Source: Camelus ferus (Eukaryota). From it: 64,000 nt of DNA. Each line of letters opens with the position of its first letter. Positions within the stretch are counted from its first letter, which is position 1. The stretch lies in the NCBI RefSeq assembly GCF_009834535.1, contig NC_045697.1, positions 83,888,001-83,952,000 on the forward strand, given 5' to 3'. Positions 26,492 through 37,090 of this stretch are shown here, piece by piece. The notes below the pieces were generated by a model that was given only the letters and a program-made list of their open reading frames with translations, was not told the origin of the DNA and searched no databases. The position numbers and the translations under genes were made by a program.

Positions 26492-28060
26492 TATGGAAAT
26501 ATCATTCCAAGGAATAGTTCTATAAAAGAACCCTGCAAAAGAAGAAAAAAATGTCAACAAGAAGGTTTGAGTCACTTAATGCTATTAAAACTACAAACAC
26601 TGTTAATAAATGTGCATGATGGTTTGAGGAAAGGTACAACTATCAGGTGCATGAGACAGCTTCCTATCATACAACACATAGTATCATTATCTGCTACAAA
26701 GGCTCTAACCATAGCTCTGTGGAACTCAGTAACTCACTTCTACAGTCCTAGGCAAATTCCCAGGCACGAAAACATGAATAACAGCTGCCAATTATTTTTT
26801 CATTCACAGATTTTTTCATTCACAGTCTCTCATAAGTGCATCTACTATTTTGGTGCCTTTGGTTCCCCCAGCCCTGTTTAAGCACAGATAATCACAATAA
26901 TCACACGTCATTCAACTGATTGACCAGCAGAACTGCTGTTAGTCTGCAATCAGATGTTTTGACTTGTGTCATTTTAGTGCTATCCTGATTAGTAATTTTA
27001 ACCAGCCAGTTAGGATAAAGAGAAATCAATAGTCCAACAAATACAGCAGAAGATAAGCTGATAATGGACTGATTTTATGAGTCTTATATTGATGACAACT
27101 ATATATTGCCTACAACTATTTGAGAGTTGTCAGTGGTTTCTCAGTCAAAGATGAAACTTTCCTTTCTGATTTAAATATCTTACCTCTAAGAAATATATAT
27201 GCATATATATTTAAGGAACTAAGGGAAAAAGTCAATTTCATGTGTCTAGGCACACACACACAACTCAAAAATACAACAGATTCATCTTGATTCTACTCAG
27301 AACCTAAACATCAATTTAAGTTCTCCATTTTTTCCAGGTTTCATAAATAAGAAATATTTCATAGAAATATTCTCAAAAATTTTTATAACAGAAAAAGCTC
27401 TGAATCCTGGCTGAAAAAAGTGGGTTTTCACTACTAATCTGCCAATACTTAGCTGTGTGGCATGAAATAAGCTGGTGAAACTCTCTGGGCCTCAGTTCCC
27501 TCTTACAAAATGAAGCCTCTAAAAGCCTTTCCAGATATAGAACAACGAGTCTGCAATTTCTCTCCAGTTTTTTCACCCAGCATAGGAATATTCTTCCTTT
27601 TGTTATTTTATGATATTACCTTTTAAGGTAAAAGTTCAATGAAACCTGCTAAGATTTGAAATAGATCTATATTCAGGAAAGTACATGCCATCATTTGGTT
27701 TCGTTTTCATATAAACTATGCTTCCAAAACTAAAGCAACGAAGTACAAATCTTAAAAGATCACTTTCTTCCTGGAAGCAGAGCTCTGAAGAGAGGAGAAA
27801 TAGGCCTGCCGGTCCACATTGTTACTGACAACACATTTTCCCTCCTCCCACTTAGCAGAAAGAGACGTGGCAGCCTGAGCTTTGGTCAAGCTCATCCAAC
27901 CAAGCACACTTAGAAAGTCAGCAGGAACACACCTACGTAGCTGCCTGTTGCTGGGTGACAGAAAGGAAAGGTAGGGATGTTCACTCCAAAGCGCAGGAAG
28001 CAGTCGGGTCCCTCTTAACTGGTCCTGGCAGGAATCTGCTTCCTCATGCAACCCAGTGTG

Positions 28061-28068
28061 CCACGTCA
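28061..28068 (-). promoter_or_regulatory. Second UPRE/CRE-like site TGACGTGG in intron 1
   Basis: CCACGTCA within TGCCACGTCAAAC, the same 13-mer as the exon 1 site. Confidence 0.55.
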
Positions 28069-28693
28069 AACTTCCTCACACGGAGCACCAAGTTATAGAA
28101 ACCTGACTCAGCTTCAAGTGGCAACATGGCAGAAAGCCACCTGGCACGAGCAGGCCTAAGATCAAAATCTGGGGAGCTTCAATCCCAGAACAACCCCCAG
28201 TCCACTATCACTCGACCATTCCAGCCACGGTGCACTTCTCACCCACGATCAAGTTCGGATTTGGACAAATCAGTTTCACTATCAGGCTGTCCTGAAGCTT
28301 CAAGATACAGTTGCCATCATTACTATGAGTATTTACAACACTCCCTTCCTCCAAGGAAGAGGAAATTAAGTTAATACGGAGACAAGAAAACCGCTGGCCT
28401 GTTATTAGAATACTGTGGCTACTGAGGACCCAACCAGGGAGCTCTAGTATCCCTAGACACAAAGATGGGGCGAGGGCGGGTAAAAAATGCCCACGCCCAC
28501 CCACCCCACCCCCATTATTGAACTGCACCAAAGGGCTAAAGGAGCAAAGGAGGAGGTCGCCTCCGCTGCCCTGCCACAGGTTAGCATCCAACCTCACGCC
28601 ACCCGCCACCCCAGGCCGGGCACCTCACCCAACTCCAGCTGTGCCTGGGGAGGGGGTCCCGCCTGAGCTCAACTAGGCTGAGCAAGGCATTAC

Positions 28694-28960
28694 CTGGTCG
28701 ACTCCCACTTGCCGCCGGGCTTCAGAGACCCCGAGCTCTGCTCCCAGTGCCGGTTGCTCCCGTGACCCAGCTCCCGCAGCGGCCGCTGCTCCCGCGCCTT
28801 TCCTGCGGCGGGTGTCCCCACAGGCTGTTCTCTTTCGCGGAGTTACAGCTGGGCTGGGAACTGCCACGTCAAACACTCTCCCGGCTGCGCGCCCCCGGAG
28901 CCCCGGCTCCGACCAGCGGCCGCGCTCCCGCCGGCGCACGCGCACAGACGCCGACAGGGC
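28694..28960 (-). other. SEC24D: SEC24D exon 1 (non-coding 5' UTR); TSS approximate
   Basis: GC/CpG-rich segment ending in a donor CCAG|GTAATG (intron starts at 28693 on the minus strand). It contains no ATG. The upstream boundary is estimated from the GC boxes and CCAAT box. Confidence 0.75.
28864..28871 (-). promoter_or_regulatory. UPRE/CRE-like site TGACGTGG in exon 1
   Basis: Plus-strand CCACGTCA is an exact match to the TGACGTGG consensus bound by XBP1s/ATF6/CREB3-family factors. Confidence 0.65.
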
Positions 28961-31367
28961 GGGGGCGGGGCCTGCGGCGGGGCCGGCCACCCAGCGCCGG
29001 CCGCCTATTGGCCGCCCGTCCTCCCGTTTTTCTCTTTTCTCCCTTTCCTGTCCGTGTTGTTTGTTCGTTTCCGTCCAACAAGTTAAAGATTTTAACGCTG
29101 TTGCTAAATCAGAGCAGCATTTTCACTATGGAGCCCCACAGGAAGGAGGGAGTTCGTATTGAGGGTTCATTCATTCTTTCATTCAACAGGTGGCAAATTC
29201 AGCTATTCATTCATTACATATTACTTAAGTAACTAGGCTACTTCAGATACTGCACCGCCAATATAGGAGGGTATACGCTTCCGGATCTCGAAGAGATTTC
29301 AGTCTAAGGGCGAATCTGGCACGTGTACACGGACAATATGATGACGCACTCGTGCGATGCACTACAGAGGAAGGAACGCCCACGGCAGCGGACTACGCGG
29401 CACAAAAAGAGGAGGAAAAGATGCCCCAGCTGAAAAGTATGGGGAAAGGTGTCTTCAGTGAAACTGGGATTGCCAGAATTCTGTGTATTCCTTCAATGAA
29501 GGTCTACATATTCATTGTGAAATAGGATGGCTGATCCCACCCCAAAATAGGGATTGCTACGCGCATTAGCTCACTGTGCTATGAGAAACAGCTGAGAAAA
29601 ACGGCAACCTATGTAAGGCCTGGAACTTGACCTCTCTATCTAGCCTTAAAAATCAGGACCATCTGGCTGCTTTCTCACAACCTCCCACTGCTACATAGAA
29701 AAGCCTTCAGTTAACCTGAGGTTTCGTATAGCTACCACTTCGCTCAAACTTAGGAAAGTAAAACCAAATCAGTGTTTTGTTTTCAAAATATACTTTCTTC
29801 TGGGCTACAAGAAGGTAAAAGCTACTTGACAAATTCCTTTACTGATGAAATGCATTAGTAAAAACTTACATGGGAATGATGCTTCTGCTGAAATGCTCCA
29901 TGGGTTTTGCAGGCATTTTATGTTGTTCCAGCCCAGTGAAGACAAATGGTCCCTTTCCCCATTTTCCTTTTAGAGGATGTTAAGCTGTGATGTCCTGCCT
30001 ATGTCCAGCTTTGATACCGGTCAGTTTTGAAAATCCACAATGAAAATTTTGTTTTAAATTTGTTTCTATATTCTAAATATGATGGAAATGTTTGATGGTA
30101 TTTAAGAAGCTTTGGCCTGTGTTGAAGCAGTACAACTTGTAAAAGCAATTTAAAAAAAAAGTCTTTGTATCACAGCTATGTCACAGTGTAGGAGAGAGTA
30201 GAGTCCCTTGGAAATAGGAACACCATATGATGACTTGGTTGGCTTGTGGCCCCTGTAAGACCACTAAATTTGAATTTGTACATTTGTTCTCTCCCTTGCT
30301 CAGTAGCATCAGAACAAACAACTAGTGGTTTCAGTTCTAAGACAGTTTGGAATGCCTAAATGCTTAAAGCTGTAAGGGATTTTACAGAGACGGATATTCA
30401 GTTTAGCATTCAGTGAGGACTAAATTCAACTCAGTCATTTTATGGATTAATAAACTGAGGTTCAGGAAATGAAAATGACTTACTAATCTTAGAGTCAGTT
30501 GGAAGTCATGCCTTCTGATTATAATTCTAAAGTTCTTTTCGCCTCGTATTTTTTTCTTTCTGATTTGCTATTCTCTGTTAACTGGTTCTGTCTTTTTCTC
30601 ATTACTACTTTATATTCAAGCTTTCAAATAACTAAAATATTAATTGACCACACATTTCCACCAGTGATTGGAGTTACTAATCACAAATTTCTTTTTCTTT
30701 TGACCTGGACTTCTGGTTCCAGTCCTGCTTCCCTTCTCATGGCCCCAAGTGCCCATCCCTTAGGTGATTAACTTCTTATCTTATTTCTGTGGTTGAGTCA
30801 TTGGCCTTCACTAGACCTGAGGGTCAGCCCGGATTCACAGCCTTCCTGCATCTTACCTGAGCTGTTTCCACCTCAGATCTGCCTCTGAGGTTCCATATGT
30901 AATTAATTTGATCACCCTGGTAACTAATTGAGAAAAAGTGAGGTCACGTGGAATGTCTATGTGCTAGGGTTCTGTGTTCTAACTTTAAAAGAAAAAGAAA
31001 GAAGAGAGTCAACTCTGCAAATGACTACATAGAAAGAGAAGGAATTTCCTCGCAATATTCAGGGTTCTGTCTAATAGGTGGCCTTTGTAACGTCAGAACT
31101 ATGATACTCTAAGCATTTACATAACTTAAGAAGTTTGGAGATTTCTGATTCCAAAACTACAGTTTGAAGAAGCTATATATTTAAAAAACTGAAATGGCCA
31201 AGACCTGGACTATGTTAAATACTGGAATCACAATAAATTAGGCCAAGTTAAAGGGGGCTAGGAGAAAAGATACATGGTAAGCTAAGTTGAGTAGCAACCA
31301 GTAACAGTAACAGTAGAGTTCAAGTGTTTATCAAGGCCCAACACCCAGGTGTTTCTGGAATTACTTT

Positions 31368-32161
31368 AAAAAAAAAAACAGCTTTACAGTTTTATTGAGA
31401 TGTAATTAACAATCGCCCATTTAAAATATACAGTCCAGTGGCTTTTAGGATGTGCAGAGTTGTATACCCATCACCACAATCAATTTTAGAACACTTTGAT
31501 CCCTCTCCAATAAATCCCATCCATTAGCAGTCACTCCCCTTTCCCCCTACCTTCCCATTCCACAGCCCTAGGAAACCACTGACCTACTTTCTATCTATAG
31601 GTCTACCTATTCTGGACATTTCATATAAATGGAATCATACAACGTGTGGTCCTTTGTGACAATCATTTCACAAGTTCATTCATGTTGTAGTAGGTATCAG
31701 TACGTCTCTCCTTTTTATTGCCAAATAATATTCCATTGTATGGATATAGCACATTTCCTTTATCCATTCATCATCTGATGGACATTTAGGTTGCTTCCTT
31801 TCCTCTTCCAGCTATTATGAATAATGCTGCCATGAACATTCCTATAAAAGTTTTTGTTTGGATATATGTTTTCATTTCTCTTGGGAACTTGAAAAACATA
31901 ATGTACTTAAAAAAAATAAACTCAGACAATCTGGCCCCAAAGGCTGTGCTCTCAGCAACTATGCAATGTTGTTATTCTGTATGAGATTTTATTTTTAAAG
32001 TAAAACATGCAATCTCACCCCCTTAAAAAACCAAGCTAATTAAAATTGAAGTCTGCTGAGAATGACAATACTTCAGTTTAAAAAAAAAAGGAGAAGAAAA
32101 AGAAATAGAACAAAATTAAACATAGAGTTACCATATGACCCAGCACTTTGACTCCTAGGTA
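31368..32161 (-). mobile_element. L1MB-type element with 5' inversion and intervening non-L1 DNA
   Basis: Minus-strand 3' UTR from 31368 to 31885, inverted plus-strand L1 piece at 32111-32161, TSD GAATTACTTT at 31358-31367 / 32162-32171. Confidence 0.8.
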
Positions 32162-32420
32162 GAATTACTTTTTGAATATCTCGGTATCTTGCTCTGAGTG
32201 AACTTCATCACTTATGGCTTTGGCCACAGAGTGGGTAGTGTGACATTACACTGCCAAACCAGTTGACTCAGGTTTGAATGGTAACACTGTCACTCACTGC
32301 TAGCTATGTGAGTTTTATTCATACAAAAATTATTTATTAAGCATCCACTATAAGCTGGATGCTGTACTAAGTGCCACAGATGTGATACTGCATTGGCTGT
32401 GAATAGTTCACGTAATAGTA

Positions 32421-32775
32421 TAGGGATGGGCAAAATACAAAACCTGTTTTGTTTTGTTTTTGTAGCAAGCTAAGAATGATTTTTACACTTGTCTGTTTCT
32501 GTAGCAAGCTGAGAGTGACTTTTACATTTTTATTGGTTGAAAAAATCAAAAGAAGAATAATATTTTGTGACCCATGGAAATTATATGAAATTCACATTTC
32601 AATGCCCATAAATAAAGTTTTATTGGAACACAGCCATGCTTTTCATTAACGAACTCTGTGGTTGCTTTTGCACTACAATAGCAGAGTTGTGTAGTTGTGA
32701 CAGAGTCCACAAGGCCCACAAAACCTGAAATATAGACTACCTGGCCCTTTACAGAAAAAGCTTACCAACCCCTGA
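32421..32775. mobile_element. MER58B-like hAT DNA transposon
   Basis: AATAAAGTTTTATTGGAACACAGCCATGC...GGCCCTTTACAGAAAAAGCTTACCAACCCCTG. Confidence 0.8.
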
Positions 32776-32919
32776 TCTGGTGGACCTACAGTTATGGTTC
32801 AGTGGATTAGCATTCTGTGAAGAGACACAAGTTGCCATAGGAAAATGTAGGAAGAGACACTTAACCCAGACTTGGAAAGTAAAAGATATCTCCTGGTAGA
32901 GGGAGTGTGTTCCCTGTGT

Positions 32920-33060
32920 AAACCTCAATATCCTCATCTGCACAGATTAGAGTGATAATAACACTAACTTCAAAGACTGTTGTGGGGATTAAATGAGATA
33001 ATTCAGGCAAAGCACTTAGTACAGTGTTTGGCACATAAGTACTCAATAATGTTGTTCTTA
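32920..33060 (+). mobile_element. MIR SINE fragment
   Basis: CCTCATCTG...GGATTAAATGAGATAAT...AAAGCACTTAG...TAAGTACTCAATAA. Confidence 0.8.
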
Positions 33061-33384
33061 CAGTCCCATCATCATAATCATCATTATTAATAGCATATTT
33101 GTGACAATTGAACATACGTATATAAAGTCTAAAGATGAAATCTCAGGGAAACCTACAACGGTGCAGTTTCTAAGCTTACTAACCTTGTCTTATTTGTTGT
33201 AAATGTGAGATATACATTCTTTTCATTGTGATCATGAACATGAAAGGATATAAAATAAATGAAGTGCTATGGAATAAAGGAAAACAGAGCAGGGAAAGGA
33301 GGATTGGGAATGCCCAGCTGGTGGTGAGCAGCATTAAATGGGGTAATTAAACAATTATAGTATTACATGGGGTAGAGTAGGGCT

Positions 33385-33850
33385 CCGTGGGACCAGGAGG
33401 TGAGCCACTCGAATCTCTCTTCAAGATAACCTGCTCTAAGGAATTGAAGGGGCTGTCAGCCTTCAACTGTTATGCCTTCAGGCTTACTGCAGCATTCATC
33501 CCAAAGCAAACACTCTCAGAAGTTCCAAGCCAATGACCAAGCAATGGTGGGAATACTAAAGTCATAGTATTTCTGCCCAACATGGGAGTCCTCTAGTAAG
33601 AAATCTTTCCTCTGGGGCTCCCATTGCCCTGATTGAGACTTTCTCAGAGCCGCAATCTGAGGCTCATCCTATCCAATCCTCCCACTTCCTCCACCTCTTT
33701 TCACAGGTGTTGGATCTTCATGGCACCTAAATCTTTCTCTCCTGCTCCTGTTCCCTCTGTCTTCTGTTGTTCACACTTGTTTCCCTCAATAACTCTCTTG
33801 TATGTCTAATTCGACATTGATGTCTGCTTTCCAGGGGACCTGAATGCACA
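33385..33850 (+). mobile_element. LTR16-like ERVL LTR nested in L2
   Basis: Ends CCCTCAATAACTCTCTTG...GTCTGCTTTCCAGGGGACC, with L2-like sequence on both sides (33250-33385, 33850-34200). Confidence 0.55.
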
Positions 33851-35984
33851 GAGCATCACAGAGAAGGCAAGATCCGAACAAAGCCTTGAAGGAGATCATG
33901 GAGTCAAATATGCAGATCACCTGGGGGCAGGGCATTCCAGGCAGAAAGGAGTGCACCCCCCTCCAAAGTCCCCATGTTAAAAAGGAGGGTGCAAGGCATG
34001 CTCCAGGGGGAGAAGGAGGCCAGCAAGGCTGAAGCAGAGACAATGAGGGGAAAGTTATAGGAGAGGAGAGCCAAGAGGTAGAGGGGAAGCAGCTGGCATA
34101 GCATCCTTTAGGCCATTTAAAGAGTTTGGGTTTCATTCTGTTTTTTCAAAGGGGTCACTTCAGATTTTGAACTGAGGAATGACATGATCTGACTCAATTT
34201 TCATATATTTTTTATATGGGAGACAACATTTCATCATAAAGAATCTGAGATTCAGAAAACGTTTATTTTACAGAGTCTCAGTGAGATTTTAGGCCTCAGA
34301 AATTTATCCTTCAATCATCTGGTTTCACGTAAGTTTTCTTGATGGTGGCTCAGGTTTAAGGAGAAACAACAAATGTAGCTTTATGACCTACTATAAAAGT
34401 AGGAGGCAGACTGAGTTGTGACAGCTGCATGGCCATAGTTCTGTATTCATAGCTCACCCCTTACTCATGCCATGTTCCTGTTGACTTTAAAGATTTTCCA
34501 GTTGATGAATGATATCTGACTCAGAGTTTTTATCACACTGATTTTCTTGATCTAAGTAAAGAAGGCAGGAGAATAGGCACTTAAGAGGTAAATGAAACCC
34601 CATTTTATGTAACCAAAGGCTTATAAGAAAGGTACTCTCACCTTCATAATATTGAAAGCTTATTATATGATATTCTGTATTTCCCTTCTTGTATTAAGAT
34701 TGAATCAAGAAATAAAAAGCACCTGATTAGTCACTAAAATAGTTGGGAAGAATTAGAAATGGTACTAACAACCTAACTGAAGTCAGTGTTGGAATATATG
34801 ATCATTAACAAGAAGAAATTATTTTCCTTTGATTCCTTCCTCAAATCCATTTACTTGGTTACCTAGAAAAATAATGCAATTTTATATTGCTAATTATAAA
34901 TTAAAATATCATATATTTAGATTTTGGAATATTACGTTTGTGGCAGAGACTGCTTATTTTTACAGAATCCTATCCATTCTTCTGAGTTTTAGCTGGTGTG
35001 TGATTGCTCCACCAAAGACTGCAGCTGCAGTCTTCCTTACAACTGGTTGTCATTTTGTGACTCACTGACTAGAGTGGAAATTATGTGCACATGTTTTTTG
35101 TGTCATCTTTAGAATTTTCATCCTGATTCTCTCAGCTTCCCGCAGGCTGAGATGTAGACATGGTAGTGGTTAAGCAAAATTAATCATCTAGGCGAGGACA
35201 ATCCTTTAGGGTTGATGGCAAGAAATAAGATGAAATGATCTCTGGCTCCTGGATATCTCCATGAACCAGAACCATCTGTTCACCTTGAACTCCATGTGTA
35301 CCTCTGAGCTGTTACATGAAAGAAAAATAAACTCTTGTTTAAGCCACTGATTTTGGGTGGAGTAGGGACATCTTCCAACAAATAATCGTATTTCTTAAAT
35401 TAGTATATCAAAAAATTAAATAATACTTGTAAATTGTACTAGTCAGAGTAAATATACCATAAACTAACAAATAAACAGATCAGCATATATACTAGAATAA
35501 CAAGGAAACTATGGATAAGAGCAAATTAATCACATAAGAGAAAATGTGTACACAGTTTCATGATCCTATTGTTTTAATTAAAATCATACCCTGATGGATA
35601 AGGATGGAGTTTTCTTTTGAAGGGAACTGATGTTTCTATCGTTAATCAAAATAGTGTTTTATTGGCCAAGAACTACGGTGACTTTTAGGCCTGAGGAAGG
35701 AGAGGGTTCCCTTTCCCCTTCCCCCTAGATCTAAGAGTTCAGTGATATTTAGAGATACAGAGAAGCCTGCCACTATTCCAGGGTAACAGTTCTGGAGAGC
35801 TCATCCTGTTCACCAAGGTCCTGTGTTGGTGGCAGCAGTGAGAGCAGGAACCTGTTTCCCCTGGAGCACCCCGCAGCCTCCTAGGAGCACTTCTGAGTCC
35901 CACTGATCTCCACAAACAAGAGTCGAGAGCAATTGTTTAGAGGTGGGGAGGGCAGGGTTTTCTTGGTTTAGATTTGATGAATTG

Positions 35985-36363
35985 GAAGCCTTAATATTAT
36001 TAAAAAGCCCTTTCTTCCCAAAGTCATCTATAGATTTTATGCAACCCCAATCAAAATACAGCAAAATGTTTTTTGAGAAAATGACTAGCTATTCAAAAAT
36101 TCATATGGAAATATCAAAGACCTATATTAATCAAAACAACTTTGAAAAAGAACAAAGTTGGGGGCCTTATACCATCTGACTTTAAGATGTATTATAAAGG
36201 TACAATAATCAGATCAGTATGGTTTAGCATCAAAATAGACAAAAACATTAAGAAAACAGTTAGAGATTCCAGATACATATGTGTATATATATACATTATA
36301 TATGTGTGTGTATATATATGTATTAGACATTAACAAAAACATTAAGGAGACAGTAGAGATTCC

Positions 36364-36398
<35 letters not shown>

Positions 36399-37090
36399 CA
36401 GAACAGACTTTTCTTGTCTTTTCAACAAATGGTACGGGAACAATTTGATATCCACATGCAAAAAAATTAACTTCAATCTGTACCTCCTACCTCACATCAT
36501 ATTAAAAAAAATTCAAAATGGAGCATAGACTTTAACGAATAACCTAAAATTTAAAAATCAAAATCACAAATATTTTTCTCCAGTTTTCTTGTAGAGACTT
36601 TAAAGTTCCAAGAACAAAAATATATATTCATACAAAGACTCATACACAAATGTTCGTAACAGCTTTATTTGTAAAGGCTCAAAACTGAAATTAACCCAAA
36701 TTGTGACCTATCCATATAATGCAAAAGATATGACTGACAAGGGCTTAATTTCCAGAATATACAAACAGCTCATACAACTCAAATTGTGAATAGATACACA
36801 AATTGTGGTCTATCCATATGATGAAATACTCAGCAATAAAAAGGAATGAACTACATGCAACAAATAAATAAATCTCAAAATAATTGTACTGAATGAAAGA
36901 AGGGAAACAAAAAAGAGTGCATGTTATAAGATTCCATTCCCATAAATTTCACAAAAAAATGCAAACTAATCTATAGTGACAGAAAGTAGATCAGTAAGTG
37001 CCTGGAAATGGGGAGCGGAGCAGAGAGAGGTGGGGGGATTACAAAGAGGGAATGGATTCTTTTCAGATTGATGGATATGTTCACTATCTT
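35985..37090 (+). mobile_element. Old L1 (L1M) ORF2 end + 3' UTR, resumes at 39075-39165
   Basis: Degenerate ORF2 (TTCATATGGAA...GAACAAAGTTGG) and 3' UTR (CTATAGTGACAGAAAGTAGATCAGT); continues after the younger L1 (GATTGTGATAATGG). Confidence 0.8.

Larger units (their letters stand above)
28460..29410. promoter_or_regulatory. CpG island / SEC24D promoter
   Basis: The only CpG-dense region in the window. Tandem GC boxes (GGGCGGGGGCGGGG, ~28957-28970), CCAAT on the minus strand (ATTGG, ~29007-29011) and an NRF1-like GCGCACGCGCA at 28934-28944; no TATA box seen. Confidence 0.9.

Noticed and set aside
26318..26881. 187-aa plus-strand ORF antisense to exon 2
   Set aside because: No recognisable homology or exon structure; it runs through AT-rich intron and is most likely chance.
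25981..27212. AT-rich palindromes (25981-26019, 27191-27212)
   Set aside because: Self-complementarity follows trivially from (TA)n microsatellites.
26492..28724. Possible non-AUG N-terminal extension of SEC24D
   Set aside because: The spliced 5' UTR has an in-frame TGA at 28722-28724, leaving only about 23 open codons.
28673..29232. Several 70-161 aa ORFs over the CpG island
   Set aside because: Stop-poor GC-rich sequence produces overlapping ORFs on both strands; none resembles a protein.
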